A stretch of 64,000 bases of DNA, from assembly GCA_017654855.1 (NCBI GenBank), contig CM030338.1, forward strand, positions 3,596,001 through 3,660,000. Reading direction: 5' to 3'. The first letter of the stretch is position 1, and every line of letters starts with the position of its first letter. A program made the translations under genes and the position numbers. The stretch comes from Podospora anserina. Its lineage: Eukaryota. This document shows, piece by piece, positions 28,540 to 42,700 of the stretch. A model generated the notes under the pieces. It did no database searches and was not told where the DNA came from. It saw only the letters and a list, made by a program, of their open reading frames with translations.

Positions 28540-31500
28540 GTACTATTAATAAGTATATTACTATAGTTATATGGATTAACAATACGCAGTTTTCATATTA
28601 TACGGAGAAAAAAAGTAATAATCGGCAATACTATAATAATGACTACTATAACGATAAATATAAGTAATAATACCCGAGTATTAGTCATTCCGGTACTATT
28701 AATTCGAGATTTATAAACGTCGACGCTATATAGTAATAGAGGCCGTAAAGCTAAGGCTAGGATAAAAATAACCTTCAATATTTTAACTATAATAAGGTAG
28801 GATACTTTGAAAAAGATTATAGGGTATTTAAATAACTCAAGTAGAAAAACATATTACCGTAGTAATTACTATATTAAGAGGACTAAGGGTTATAAAGGTT
28901 GTAATTTTTAGGTATTAAACAAGTAAAGCGGTAAGCTTTAGGGAAAATTGCTATTAATACGTTAAATAAAAGGAACTAAAATTTTAGTAAGTAAAGGAAA
29001 CTTTAAAATAGTGAAATGCGGATTATAAAAAGAGAACGCTTTATTTATAGGCGTTATAGAATTAATTAATATAAATTAATACGGAAATTATTACGGCGGT
29101 TATTAAAAACGACGCTCCCGCGTAATGGGGAGGACTTATTCGATAGACGGTATTAAAAAGATAATACGGTTAATATAAAACCGTAAATATATAACGAATA
29201 TTATAGTTTAAAAGTTCATATATAAAAGTTAAGAGGAATATTAAGAGGATAAGAAAGTTACTAATATTAGATTCGTAAAGAAATTAGGATAGATACCTTC
29301 AGCTATATAATATATACCCTATAGAGGAAATATAATATAATTTTATTTTAGCTATCCAGTATATGGAAAAGTATTTTAGTTTTAGTATATTATATATAGG
29401 TATATAAAGTATTATTAAAGTAAGTTATTATGTAGTTATGAGAGGGTATATAAGGTAAATAAAAGGTAAATTATAGTTAGTTAAAAGAATAAAAGTTAAA
29501 TAGAAATAAATATGGGAGGAATTAATCGACTACTTTTTTTTAAAAAACATTTAGGACCCGGTCAAATTAAAAAATAGTTTTTAAATAATATAATTTATAC
29601 ATGGGTACGCGGGATACTACCTCGAGTATATAAAGTAGGAAAATAAGGACGACGGTATATTTTAGTGGGGAAAAGTAGTATTAACGTAATACCTAAGCCC
29701 TGATTACGCACTATATTTACGAAAGAAAGTTAAGCGGTATTACTAGTTAATAGCGGAGCTTAAAATAACGGTTAAGTAGCGAAGGTATAATCGGATATAG
29801 GCTCGATAGAATATTAAAGACGGGAAGTAAAAAAGATTAACGGCGGTGGTTAAAGGGATTTATATTGTTAAATAACCCGGAATAAGAAAACGTTTTTAAA
29901 CTATATAACCGTTAAGAAATAATACGGGGCCTTTTACGGGGGCCAGTAATTTTTAATAAACTACGAAAGGTATCGTCGGAAATACCGGTATAAAGCGAAG
30001 GTATAGGATAATAATTTAATATTCGTTAACGAAGTTACTACCGTATAAAATAAAAGTAAGAAAGATAAGCGCTTTTAGGTTATAACGTACTAAAAAGATA
30101 TTTAGGCGGTAATATTAATAAAAAAAGTATAAAAATAACTTTAGTAATGTTCGATATTATAAATATAAAACCCTCGAAGGATATAATTTTATGGTAACTA
30201 TAGTATAAAAACTAAAATCTAAATATCGATTGGAAAGATAGTAACTATTTACGATTAAGAGAAGCCTAAAAGTATTTAATTAACGGTAAGAAATTAGGAA
30301 AATATATATAAAGGAGAGTATAGGAAAAGTACTTTCTACGGTACTACCGTAAGGAGCCTGAAAATAGTAATATATTTTATCGATATAAGCGCTAAGATTC
30401 AAATAGTAAGGTTAACGATATCAGTAAAAATATCGGAGGTTAATAAGTACGCATACTATAATAATATAGAATTAGGCAAGAAAAAAGCGAGACTGGTAAA
30501 ATATCGAGGATACTTAACTTTTACAGTTAAGTATTTAAAGCGATTTTTAAAGCGAGAACCGTGAAATTACGAGATTAAGAAAAAAGAAGGAGTTAGGCTC
30601 TAGCTATTTAAGGTCTATTATATTAACGATAAGTAAAGTAAAAACTTACGGAACTATTTAAATAAGAATTTAAAGAGGGAATATATCCGGGAGTCTATAT
30701 TACTACCGAGATATCCTATATTTTTCGTACTGAAAAAAGATAATAGTTTATAATTATGTATAAATTATTACTGATCAAATAATAAAACGGTAAAAAATAA
30801 TTACTCGCTACCGTTAATATCTAGGTTACGGAGTAAATGAGCTAGGACGCGATACTTTATACGTTAAAATATACTTATTAGGTACATTTATATACGGATT
30901 AAGGAAGGGGATAAAGAGAAAATAAAGTTTGGTATAACTTATAGTTATTTTAAATATTATGTAATATTATGCGAGTTAATTAATATACCTACGACGTTCT
31001 AATTTTGTATCAACTAGACGATCCGGAAATACCTCGATAAATAATGATATATTACCTCGATAACGTTTTTATTTACTTATATACTTTAGAAAAATATAAA
31101 GGATACGTATGAGAGATACTTAACGCGTTATATTGAACCGGACTTTTAATCAATAAAGAAAACAGCGAGTTTTACGTATAAAAAATAATATATTTAAGGT
31201 ATTTAATATCGTGGGGTAAGGTTCGTATAGAACCTAGGAAAATTACGGTAGTTAACGACTAGCTTACGTTACGGTTATAAATATACGTTAAGGAATTCTA
31301 AAGTTTATAAATTCTTTTCGGATATTTATTTAAAGAAATATAGAAATCGTGCGGTTACTTAACTATTTAATTAAGGAAAATATAGAGTTCCGGTAAGGGT
31401 AAGAAAAAAAGTAGGCTTTTTAAAAATTAAAGGAAGTTATTTTACAGGATCCGGTATTTGAATTACTAAACCCTATATAACTATTCGAGGTTGAGGTTAA

Positions 31501-32310
31501 TATATTAAATTATATGACTGGTAGATAATTACGCTAGCGAGACGATAATCAAAAATTATACCCGGTAGTTTTTTTTCCGAAGAAGTTAAAGGAAATACGT
31601 TAAAATTACCTAATATATAACAAAGAATTATTTACTATTATCGAAACTTTCGATGAATAGAGGCTATATTTTAATAATATTAAATATAAATTATAAGTTT
31701 ATACGGATTACAAAACCTACGATGCTTTACTATTATAGAAATGCTTAACGCGTAGTAAACCCGATAATTAAAGTTTGTTGTGGAATTTTATTTTTAAATT
31801 AATTATGAAAAGGGTTCGGAAAACTTTAAGGTAAATGTATTTAACCAGCCAGCCGACTACCATCAAGATATACCTAAAGAATGATTATTGTCAGCTTAAA
31901 AAACGATAGAAATACTTTTAAATATTTACTTTAATTATAACTACAGTATTACATAATATATCGTTTATAAATTACTTTTAACAAATATTAAAGGAAGTTA
32001 AGTTACGATATTGTAGAATAATATCTGTCACGGCTTGACAGGTAAATCCTGGGACAGGGCAACAGTTATACTATACCAATTGATTTAATTGTAAGCTAAA
32101 GAAGAAAAGAGAGGAAATTCCAACAGTGCCTGCAAAGCAGGGCTTTTTGATAGGGCAAAGCTTTGACTACCAGCCAGAGTCCCACATGCTCCCAGAGTCC
32201 CACATGCCCAGTATCCACCTGTCCGTCAGTGTCATGCCAGTGCCGTGACAATATTAATAAAAGAAATTAAAATCGTAAAATATTTAAACCAAAACTTAGG
32301 CAAAATTATA
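28540..32310 (+). mobile_element. Degenerate Ty3/gypsy internal region (gag end to RNase H); ends approximate
   Basis: YYLDNVFIY at ~31050; reverse-complement homologue of 1-4437 and 41000-44500. Confidence 0.88.
32026..32250. mobile_element. Solo LTR (225 bp), distinct family
   Basis: Perfect 9-bp terminal IR TGTCACGGC/GCCGTGACA; TSD ATATC/ATATT (one C>T); internal duplication cagagtcccacatgc. Confidence 0.88.
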
Positions 32311-32329
32311 ACATAAGAATCGAACGTAT

Positions 32330-32665
32330 ATAAAGTTAAGTAATAAGACGGTACTAAGAATAAAAATATATAGGTTAAAGTACGAAGGATATAGAAATAT
32401 TATTAAAGTTATAGAGATAATCAAGCCGAAGTTAGCCAGATACGGAGGTGTCTGGAGGATCAGTGTCTATATATACGGAGGAACTGGCTAGTGTAAATAG
32501 ATAGTTCCGTAATATACAATTCAAGTCAAAGTTATTAGTATCAAAACTATTGTGATTAAGATAAGCTATTTATTGTACACTATTTAGCTGTACAATAACC
32601 AAGATTGTTCAGAAGTGCCTTCGACTAGCATCGCTTTTAGAGGTTCTGGAAAGGGGTTCGTCATA
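32330..32665 (+). repeat. Partly RIPed family-A LTR (left end approximate)
   Basis: Core from tctatatatacggaggaactgg to ggggttcgtcata; the adjacent U3 resembles the 47957 copy. Confidence 0.8.
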
Positions 32666-35600
32666 AGGTTTAAAATAATTAAAAAGTTAAACTCCAATAA
32701 AAACTTTAATAATTTAACTTACTTAACGTTAAACACTTTAAGAATAATAAAATATAATAGGTTTTGATAATTTATATGGACTTATATGTTATTCTTGATA
32801 TTATTAAAATATAGCCTTTCCTCTTCGAACACTTTAATAATAATGAGTAGTTTTTTATTATATATTGAACAATTTTCATAATTTTTTTTTAAATCTTTCG
32901 AAAAGAAAACTATGAAGTTGAGTTTCTTATTATCGTTTCGCTATTTCATTTATCCCCCAAAAATATAGTTTAACATACCGACTTTAATCTCGAATAATCG
33001 ATTATGGTTTAATTTAAAAACTAGATCCTTTAAATCAGTTTTTTTCAGATCCCAGAATATTTATTCTTCCTTCTATCCTTACCGGAGCTCTATATTCTGG
33101 GTTAATAAAGTAATCAAGAAGGCGCGCGATCTCTATATACCCCAAGATAAATATTTAATAAAAGTTAATAAATTGTAAGAGGTTTTAATTTTTATTTATC
33201 GTTAAAGTATAAGCTATCCCTTACTCCGTATAATCTTTCTAAGTTTTAAACAAACTTTATTTAATAATATAAAATATGATTAAATAGATTACGTTTATGT
33301 ATTAAGCTCGCTTTTTATTATTAAAGGTCTGGCTTCATATAGCGCCTTAAATATCTTCTATAAATACTTTTTACACTCTTTTAAAGTATGTCAAGAAGTA
33401 AAAATATTTTTAAAATACTAAATTATTGTTTTATCGAAATAATTCCGGATAGTATAATCGACAAAAGAACAGCACGTCGTAAGTATATTATTTAAACTAA
33501 ATAATATAATAAAATATATAAAATAATCACAACAATAATTCTTTTTTTGTTTCAATATGTATATATGTGCATCTCATTAATATTTTCAAATATATAGATT
33601 TCTATGCATTATTTAGTTACGTTAGAAACCGCAAAAATCACGGTAACGAGTACCTATTTTTTACTATTTTATTTTTTTAATTAATTATGGCTTATAAATA
33701 AATATGGACTAGTATTGTTTTTAGTACAAGGAGTGAGGCGGTACTTTATTACTAACATAACCTCCCAAATAACTTCTTTTAAATTTTTATTTAAATATTT
33801 GTGATGATTTTTATTTTATGTATTACTAAAATAATATAACTAAAATAATTATAATTTAAATATCTTCAAAAGCTTAATTTTATAATTTAGAAGCCCTTTT
33901 GTACAAATCTTTCGAAGCATTTGATTATAAAGGCAAAATACCCTCGATATTCTTCCGGTACTACTCTTTTTTTCACCTTTCCTTATATTATTATAATGAA
34001 TATATTTATTGATCTCTATACCTTTTATTAACGTTAACTTTATATTTTCAATTCTACTATTTATATTGTTAAAGTATATAATAGGTTCGTATATTTTATT
34101 AAAATACCACAAATGATATTTATTATACATATTATTTGAATTATGTTTCTATTTCTTTTACGGTCATAAGTTATAATGATTTTGTAGTCAATATTTAAAT
34201 CATTATCTTTGTATTATAAATGCCCGAGTATTATATGCTTCAATACTCTTATGATTATAATATTAAATATAGTCTAGGTTAATTTTTGGATTATAATACT
34301 CAAAGGCAACGTTTCTTATTAACTTTTGAAATCCTGAATAGGTTTTTAATAGTAACTACTTACTTTGTTTATAGTATTGTAATTTAGTAGAGAAGTTCTA
34401 ATAGAAATAAATTAACTTTCCGTACCGGTCTTTTGATATTAATACCTCTATCCTTTATTAATATACTATAATTTGAAAAGATTTATTTCTCTTCCGTTTT
34501 TATCTTAAATAATAGTAACTTGAATAATTAATATCGGGTAATTAATCTATATTTTCTTCTTCCTCCGATATTTCTAATATTACCGTTTATAATTCTTTAA
34601 AAATCAACGGCCCCCGCAAAAGGGCGAAGGGCGTAAGTCGTTTCTTAAAAGCCATTACATTTTAAAAGTACCTTTTTACTTTAAATTCTTTAATAACGTA
34701 ACCCTAATTAATATTACTTTTAAGCTTTTGTTTTGATTTTTTTTTCATACTTTATTGAGTCCTTCTTTAATTACTTATTCTTCGGATCCTAACCCTATGT
34801 TCAGCCTTAATCTCGGCCTCGTAATATGTTTCAATCTTCATTTATACTAAAACAGAAATTCTCTGGGCTTTAATATTATATTAGTTCAATATTTTCTACT
34901 AATACTATTTCCATTTGTTAATTATTCACTTTAAACAGTATTTAATCTATTTAAATATATTTTAGATAATGTATATTGATTAGGTCACTTCATTTTTATA
35001 GAAAATAATTATTCAACGTTATCTATTATTTATTCAATTTAACTAATATCCTGGTAACCGGCCTAAAACCTCCGCTCTTTTTTATTTACTATATTAACAA
35101 GTATTTTTAAGGACTATTACTTCATAGTATTTTATTATTTATAGGTAATATATTCAAAGTACATTTTTACATTTTAGGTAATTATAATGAAGTTATATAA
35201 GTTTTCTGATGGAGTTTGTACTATATATACTGCAGTATTAACTCTAACTTTTATATAAACCTTATATTAGTAATCACTTTATCCCTTAAACCTCCTTTGA
35301 ATTTTTAAATTTAAATCTATTTACTATATAGATTCATTAGAATCTTTTATGGTAATATTGTTTATATTTTATATTTAACGTAGTTTATTAATTAAATCCG
35401 TTAAATAGTATAAGATTGAATATTTAATTACCTTTATGATTTTTCATATCAATTATTTCTATAACCTTCAAAAATATATATGTACGTCTTAATATTTATC
35501 CTTAAACTATTTTAAATTTTCTGTAAAATTCTAAAGAAAATATTATATTAAGCGTCGCTCTTCGAACTATTATTCATACTTCAAATAATTTATTCTAGAA

Positions 35601-36936
35601 ATTCTTTTCTCCATAATTCATTATTATAGTTGTTACGCCTTTCAATTTTACTATTAATCTAATTTCTTTCTTTATTGAAATTACTCTTTAGGGAAACTTA
35701 TTTTTTTAAAATTAAAATACTTAGAGTTAATTTTACCCTAACTTTAAGCGTTTACTAGTAAACTGTATTAAATTTTTTGGATTTCACGTAGCTAGTTCGA
35801 AAATAATTATCACCATGACACAATTTTTATTCTTTTATTTCGACGGTAACTTCTTTATTTCTTTAGATATATTGATTCTCTCCACATTATTGAAACCATT
35901 GATCATTAATATACATCATGATAATACTATATTAATTTATTGTATTAAGATTTTTTCTTTATATAATTTATACCTTGGCTTTCCTTTAAAACCGTTATAA
36001 AATAGTTATAATAAACCCTTATTATAAAGCTCGCGAAATGAACTACCGATGTTGAATAAAGTAATTTAATCGGTCACAAAATAGATTCATTATAATCCTC
36101 TATATTATTTTTAACAAATTATATTCCGTAGTTCTTTCTGATATTATTTCTTTAAAATTAAGTTCGACCTTTTAATAAATATGAAACTGTTCAATTTCTA
36201 TATTTACGATTTTTGGCCTCTATTTAATAATAATTGTGTTTAATTAATTTAAATTATATAAATATTGTGTTTTTGAATTTTAAATTTAAACAGAAGTATT
36301 TTCAACTTTTCCGTTGAAAAGATATTTGAGTAGTACTGAAGATAAGTTTTAAGCTAAATTAGGAACTGCTTCATCTCTGTTTCCCTTTGATTATCATCCT
36401 TTAAAATCAGAAACTTAACTGTATATTTTTCCCTTCGCTGATAATATGCATTTCGTCCTTGATTTATGAGACTTTTTCTTTATGTTTTTTAATATATATA
36501 AAAGGTTAGTCCGGAGTATTAGATTGCGGCGTAGCGACTTATCTTTTAGTAAACGGAATAGCGGAAATATTATTTACCTTAATATTTTCATAATTAATGA
36601 TAGTAGTAGTAAAGAAGCTCTTATATCATTTATAATAAAGTTAAAGTAAATATATAGCGTTTAACAAAGCCCTATTCAAGAACTTCCAAAGAAAATATTA
36701 ATCGAAAGTACTTTAAAAAATTCCAATTCAGTATAAGTAATAATCTATAATAATACCTATTTATAATTATAATAAATTTAATATTACTAAATATAATCTA
36801 TATTATATATTACGGAACTGTTTATTATCTAACTTCTTTTCTCCGTATATATACTTCCTATTAGTCTGTTAACTATTTGCTGGGGGTGCCCTGCGCCCTG
36901 CACACTGACTGACCTGCTGTTGGCTTAACTGTGACA
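32666..36936 (-). mobile_element. Older, more decayed gypsy copy with family-A 5' LTR (36660-36936)
   Basis: Recognisable collinearity with the other gypsy copies (e.g. ggcccccgcaaaagggc at ~34610 vs ~43240); LTR ends cctgctgttggcttaactgtgaca like the 7091 copy. Confidence 0.75.
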
Positions 36937-37379
36937 ATTATATATATTTTAGCTCGGTTTGTATTGTTCTTATTACTATTAAATTTAATTAGTACGGTTA
37001 ATAAGTTGCAAACTATTTTGATTTTTTTCCTGAATTATTTCTCTTTATAAACAATTAATTATTATATACGGTTTCTTAAAATCTAATAAATACATTTATG
37101 ATACTTCAACAAATCTGAATAAATAATCCTTTAGCTATAAATTAGTGTAAATAAGTCTAGGTAAATTACGTGTTACGAAATGTATTATTTTATGTTCTAA
37201 TAAATAGATATTCAAAACCTTTCCATACAATAGCTTTACAAATCTTAATTTTAATCAGAGTATTCCAATTATTAATTGAAATCTTTTGTTTTGCTTTTGA
37301 GATTGGAGTGAACTATTTACATTAAAGTTTTAAAAGTTTATTATTTCTATTAACGACCCTAGAGATTTTGAGAAAGTTA

Positions 37380-38080
37380 ACTGTAGTTATCTATTACTAA
37401 GTGCGTTTAACGTGAGCCTACAAGCCTCTCCTACGCGCACTTTACTTCATTGTATTCCTTAAATACTTCCTTAAGCTTTAGCTCGAAAACTCGGTAATTT
37501 TAAAAATACTAAACGATAATCTCCTCCTAGTCCTTCTTTATTACTTTACAATAATTTTTAAAAATAGGTTTAGATTATACGAGAGTATTATCTTTGAGCT
37601 TAATAGCCGCGAATATTACCTTCGACTCTTTAGTATCGAACTAATCTAAGTAATAATAAAAATAGGCGTTAAACTAGATTAAGAACCCTCTAAGCTTAGC
37701 TTTTCCTCCTCTATAACGCTCCGGTGCCAGGAACTTAATACGGTTATGGATTTAGTTATTACGATAGTAATAACCTGTTCTTTAATTTACTAAGCCTTAC
37801 CTTCGAGCTTTTTATATAGTCGATAAGCTGTTAAACCGAGGTAATCTTAGGTTTAATGCTTATAATAGAAGGTCCTCCGTTTATCGGGCTAGGTAGTACG
37901 CTTCTCATCTAAACGTTTTTAGGTTAAGCTATAGTAGTAGAAGGAAAGCCTTTAACTTATCCGTAATAAAATTGAAGTAAATATAACGTATAACGAATTC
38001 CTATTTAAAACCTCTAAAAGGAATACTAATCGAAGGTAATTCTAAATATTCCTAGTTCGGTATAGCTAAACAATATATAA
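37380..38080 (-). mobile_element. Gypsy gag 5' fragment plus interrupted family-A LTR (37989-38080)
   Basis: Homologous to 18170-18870; the LTR core breaks off at 38080. Confidence 0.72.
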
Positions 38081-38999
38081 TGTAGAAATAAGTGCTATTG
38101 AGGCCTGTAAAATATAGGCTCGAATAGCTATCGGGGCAGTATACTGAGAGCAAATAAGACTTTTACTGTAGTATTCGATAGTTCCCAAGGTACTAAAGGA
38201 AGGTGAATTACAAGGACAGCGCCCTATAATATATAGAAAATAATCACTATAATATAGGCTTATAAGGTACTAATAAGTATAGTAAATTAGTATATTAATT
38301 AAACCTTATAGACTAAGAAATATTATAGTAAATAAGGTGTAAGGCAGAGAAGTCTTATAGGCCGTTGGTTTTTCACTGGCTCCCCTAGGCTAACTCCGTT
38401 CCCGGGCCCGAACGCCCGCTAAGTGCGCTAGCCAAAATAAAGTTACAGGCTACCTTATAGGCCACGTTGCGCTACCGTTTAACTACTGCAGGTGTGACGA
38501 ACCCCTGTACAGAACCTCTGAAAGAGATACTGGTTAAAGGTAACTTCTGATAATTAGTTCGGTGCAGCTAAATAATGCATAATAAGATATCTTAATGTAA
38601 ACATAAGATGTCGTGAATACAATTGTGAATTGTATATTGCGGAATTATTTATAAGTTATTTAGTTCCTCCGTATATATAGACCTAATACTAAGACCTAGA
38701 TTGTTCTGTTTTTCCCCGGATTATAACTGACTTTTAAGGATTATAAGTGATTCCTAGGAATCGCTTATAATTCCTTTATGTCCCGGATAATCTACCTTTT
38801 ATTAGTTTATCCTCCTTTTTCTTAATTAGTTACCGTACCTCTTCTTCCTTATTGGTTATTCTTTTCGGGTATCTATATTATATTTGTAATACAATACTCC
38901 CCCTCCTAGGTTAATATCCCGGCGACCCTATTTAAAACCTTTATTATTACCTAATTTTAACTACCGTAAATCTTTCTCTTTATCTTTTTCTACTATTAT

Positions 39000-39700
39000 A
39001 ATATTTAATCGCGTAAGTAAATCTAATCGCTTACCGACGTTAACCCGTCTCGATTTTATAATTAAAATCCTACGTCGTTCTTTCGAAATACTAATTTCTT
39101 ATTCCGCTTACGCTATCCGTAACCTCTTTTATATTATATCGTTTAAGGATTCTTATGTTACTTAAAGTACGTTCGTCGCGGTCTTTTATATTATAATTTT
39201 TTCGGGATTACCCCTCGTTAACTATCCTATATTATTTCTTAGTACGACGCTATAGAGGTAGAGCTGGAGCTAGCGGAAGCGTAAGCTAAAGCTACCGCCA
39301 AAAATACCTATCGTCTTTAAGAATAAATTAAGGCTAAAGCCGAAGTTATAAACGAAAAGGTTTAGTATTTACGAAAATAAAAGAAAATATAGTTTAAGAA
39401 GATATTGCGGGCTATATTTCGGGGTTTTAATACGTAAAGAAGCGAGAAGAACTAAAGTACTAGGAAGCCGCTAATAAGGCCGCCTTCTTTACCCTCGACC
39501 TTTCTTTCGACTAGTCCTTTTATCTTACCGAATTAGTTAATTTAGGGCTGTATTAACGCGGGTATTAGTCCTATAAGCGACTTAGACCCCTATACCCTTC
39601 CCGGTTTCCCTTTAGCCCCGATAATCGGTTCTCTACGGTATTTTTTATCTTTAATCGTCTAAAGTTCCTCCGATAAAACTCCTCTAACTTCTTAATATGA
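39000..39700 (+). pseudogene. RIP-destroyed antisense accessory ORF of the retrotransposon (Cys-cluster plus coiled coil)
   Basis: From 39100, reversing RIP transitions and one frameshift gives C-x2-C-x6-C-x8-C-x2-C-x7-C spacing, then EVELELAEAxAKA and an RKQKKMWFEKMLRA-like stretch. Confidence 0.6.
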
Positions 39701-42700
39701 TTAAGGTTTATAATAAGTTTTTACGAATTATTTAAAGTTAAGTAATTTAATTAATTAACTAAATATTTTAATTATTTATTATTAATATAAAAGTTTAATA
39801 CCTTTTTATATCGTATTTCTCTTCCTTATCCTCGACTTTTACTTATATATTTAAGCTAGCCGTCCGTAATACTAGTTCTAAAAGCGAGATATAGAAAATA
39901 TATAATTTTAAATACTTTATATTAAATAGTTTTAATTTAAATACCGTCTCTAAAATCTTCCTTTTAATCTTCAATAAACTTACTTTCCTATAGTCTAGCT
40001 TTTTATTAAATCTTTTAGTACGTAAGTTACGTATAAAAAGGAAAATTATAATTCTCTCTTTAAAGCGAGGTTCCTCGGGCTTTTTAATATTATAGTATTT
40101 CCTTATCTTTTCCCTTATAAACTCCAGTTTTTATTTAAATTTATTATAAAATATATATAACTTATTTACTTTAACCCCAGCCCGAAATACTTTGACGCTT
40201 AGGCTTTACCGTAAATCTACTTTATATTTAAAGTTTATAGAGAAGGGTATAACTTTAGTCGTCTATATTAGTAATATATTATATATTAACTATATTTTAA
40301 ATAATAGTTTAACCTAATTGTCTTACTCGAAATTAATATAATTCTATAAATATTATTTTACGATTTAATTAAGCCGTTCCGTTTAACCGTTTATTTAAGG
40401 GTAGTAAGCCGAAAACACTTTATTTATTACCCCGAGCCTTATTATTAATGATCTCTAAAATTTCGATATAAATTTAGTATTGCGGTCCGTAATAAATTCT
40501 TTCGGCTATATATATATTAATATAATATACCGTAATACTATATCCGTTAATTGCTCTACCGACTTAGTTTTTTTATAAAGTAAAAAGTATATTTATTTAA
40601 TAAGCCTATCGAATACCATTAATATACTATTATATTTAACGCCGGTTATTATATTTTTCTACTTTAGTAATTTAATAATAAAATTTATTATAATTAAACT
40701 CTATAATCGTTTTACTCTAAGTAGTAGCTTTAGAAATCTATAAGGCTTATACTTTATAACCCTCGTTTTTTCGTACGTATAGTATAATTAAATAGCTTCT
40801 TTAACGTCGTCCTTGATATTCGGCCAGTTAAAGTAGTATTTATTCTTTTCTATAGTCTTTTAATACCTATATATCTTCCGAGTTTCGATCTATAAATTTC
40901 TATTATTAATATCGTCCTATTACCGGGCTTTACGTACGCTTAATTCTTATATTATAGCCTTCCCTAACTATTTTTCTAAATACTTTATAGCTCTAATTTT
41001 TCTAATTAATAATACTCTGTAATATCGTTACTTAACTTTCTTTTGTATTTATTAAAAATACTTTATTTATAATATATTACGTAATACTTTATTTATAGTT
41101 AAAATAAATACTTAAAAGTACTTTTTAGTGTCTCCTTAAATAATAATAATAACTCTTTAGGTATATCTTTATAATAGTCAGCTCGCCGGCTAAGTGCGTT
41201 TACCTTAACGTTCTCCGACCTCTTCTTATAATTAATGTAAAAATTAAATTCCGAAAGAAACTTTAATTATTATATTTACTGTATATTAAGGACCTTCGTA
41301 ATAGTAAAGTATCGTAGATTCTTATAGTCCGTATAGACCTATATTTCATAATTTATACTATTAAAATATAGCCTTTATTCTTCCAACGCTTCGATAATAG
41401 TAAATAACTCTTTATTATAAAGTAAATAGTTTTAACGTACCTCTTTTAACTTTTTTAAAAAAAAGGTTATTAAATATAGCTTTCCGTCGTTATTTTACTA
41501 TTCTAATTATTTATCGATCGTATAATTTAATATATTAGCCTCGACCTTAAATAATCGATTAGGGTTTACTAATTTAAATACCGGGTCTTTTAAAATAGTT
41601 TCCTTTAATTCCTAAAAGGCCTACTTCTTTTCTTACTCTTACCGGAATTCTACTTTTTTTTAATTAAACGGTTAAATAATTATATAATTTTTATATATTT
41701 ATAAATAAATATCTAATAGAAATTCGTAAATCCTAAAAATTCTTTAACGTATATTTATAATTACGGCATAGGTTAGTCCTTAATTACCGTAATTTTTTTT
41801 TAAAATTCTATATAAACTTTATTTAGTAATATTAAATATCCTAAATATATTATTTTTAATATATAAAACTCGCTTTTTCTTTATTAATTAAAAGTCTGGT
41901 TTTATATAGCGCGTTGAGTATTTCTCGTACGTATCGCTTATATTTCTTTAAAGTACGTAGATAGATAAGAATGTCGTGGAGATAGTATATTACTATTTTA
42001 TTAAAGTATTTCCGGATTATATAATTAATAAAAGATTGGAACGTTGCGGGCGTATTAGTTAGTTTAAATAGTATTACGAGATATTTAAAATAATTATAGG
42101 GTATATGAAACGCTATTTTCTATTTATCCCCTTCCTTAATCCGTATATAGGTGTATCCGATAAATATATTTAAGTGTATAAAATATATATTATGCTTTAA
42201 CTAATTAATTCCGTAACTTAAATATTAACAGTAATAAATAATTATTTTTTATTATTTTATTATTTAATTAATAGTAATCTATATATAATCGTAAGTTACT
42301 ATCTTTCTTCGGTACGAAAAATACGGGGTATCTTACTAGCGATATAAACTTTTTAATATATTTTCTTTTTAAATTCTCGTCTAAATATTTCTATAATTCC
42401 TTACTTTACTTATTATTAGTATAGTAGACTTTAAATAGCCGTAGTTTAACTCCTTTTTTAAATTTAATTTTATAATCTTACGGTCCTTACTTTAGAAGTC
42501 CCTTTAAATATTTAGCCGTAAAAGCTAGGTATCTTCGATATTCTACCGGTACCGCCTTTTTCTCGCTTCCCTTTACGTTATTATAGTAAGTATACTTATT
42601 AACCTCCGATATCTCTACTAACGTCGTTAACCTTACTTCTTCGATCTTATTACTTATATCGATAGAGTATATTATTATTTCTTAAGTTCTTTACGGTAAT

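Noticed and set aside
10986-36000. Short I/L/F/Y/K-rich ORFs resembling membrane or organellar proteins
   Set aside because: Compositional artefacts of RIP; no mitochondrial genes or RNAs recognised, so not a NUMT.
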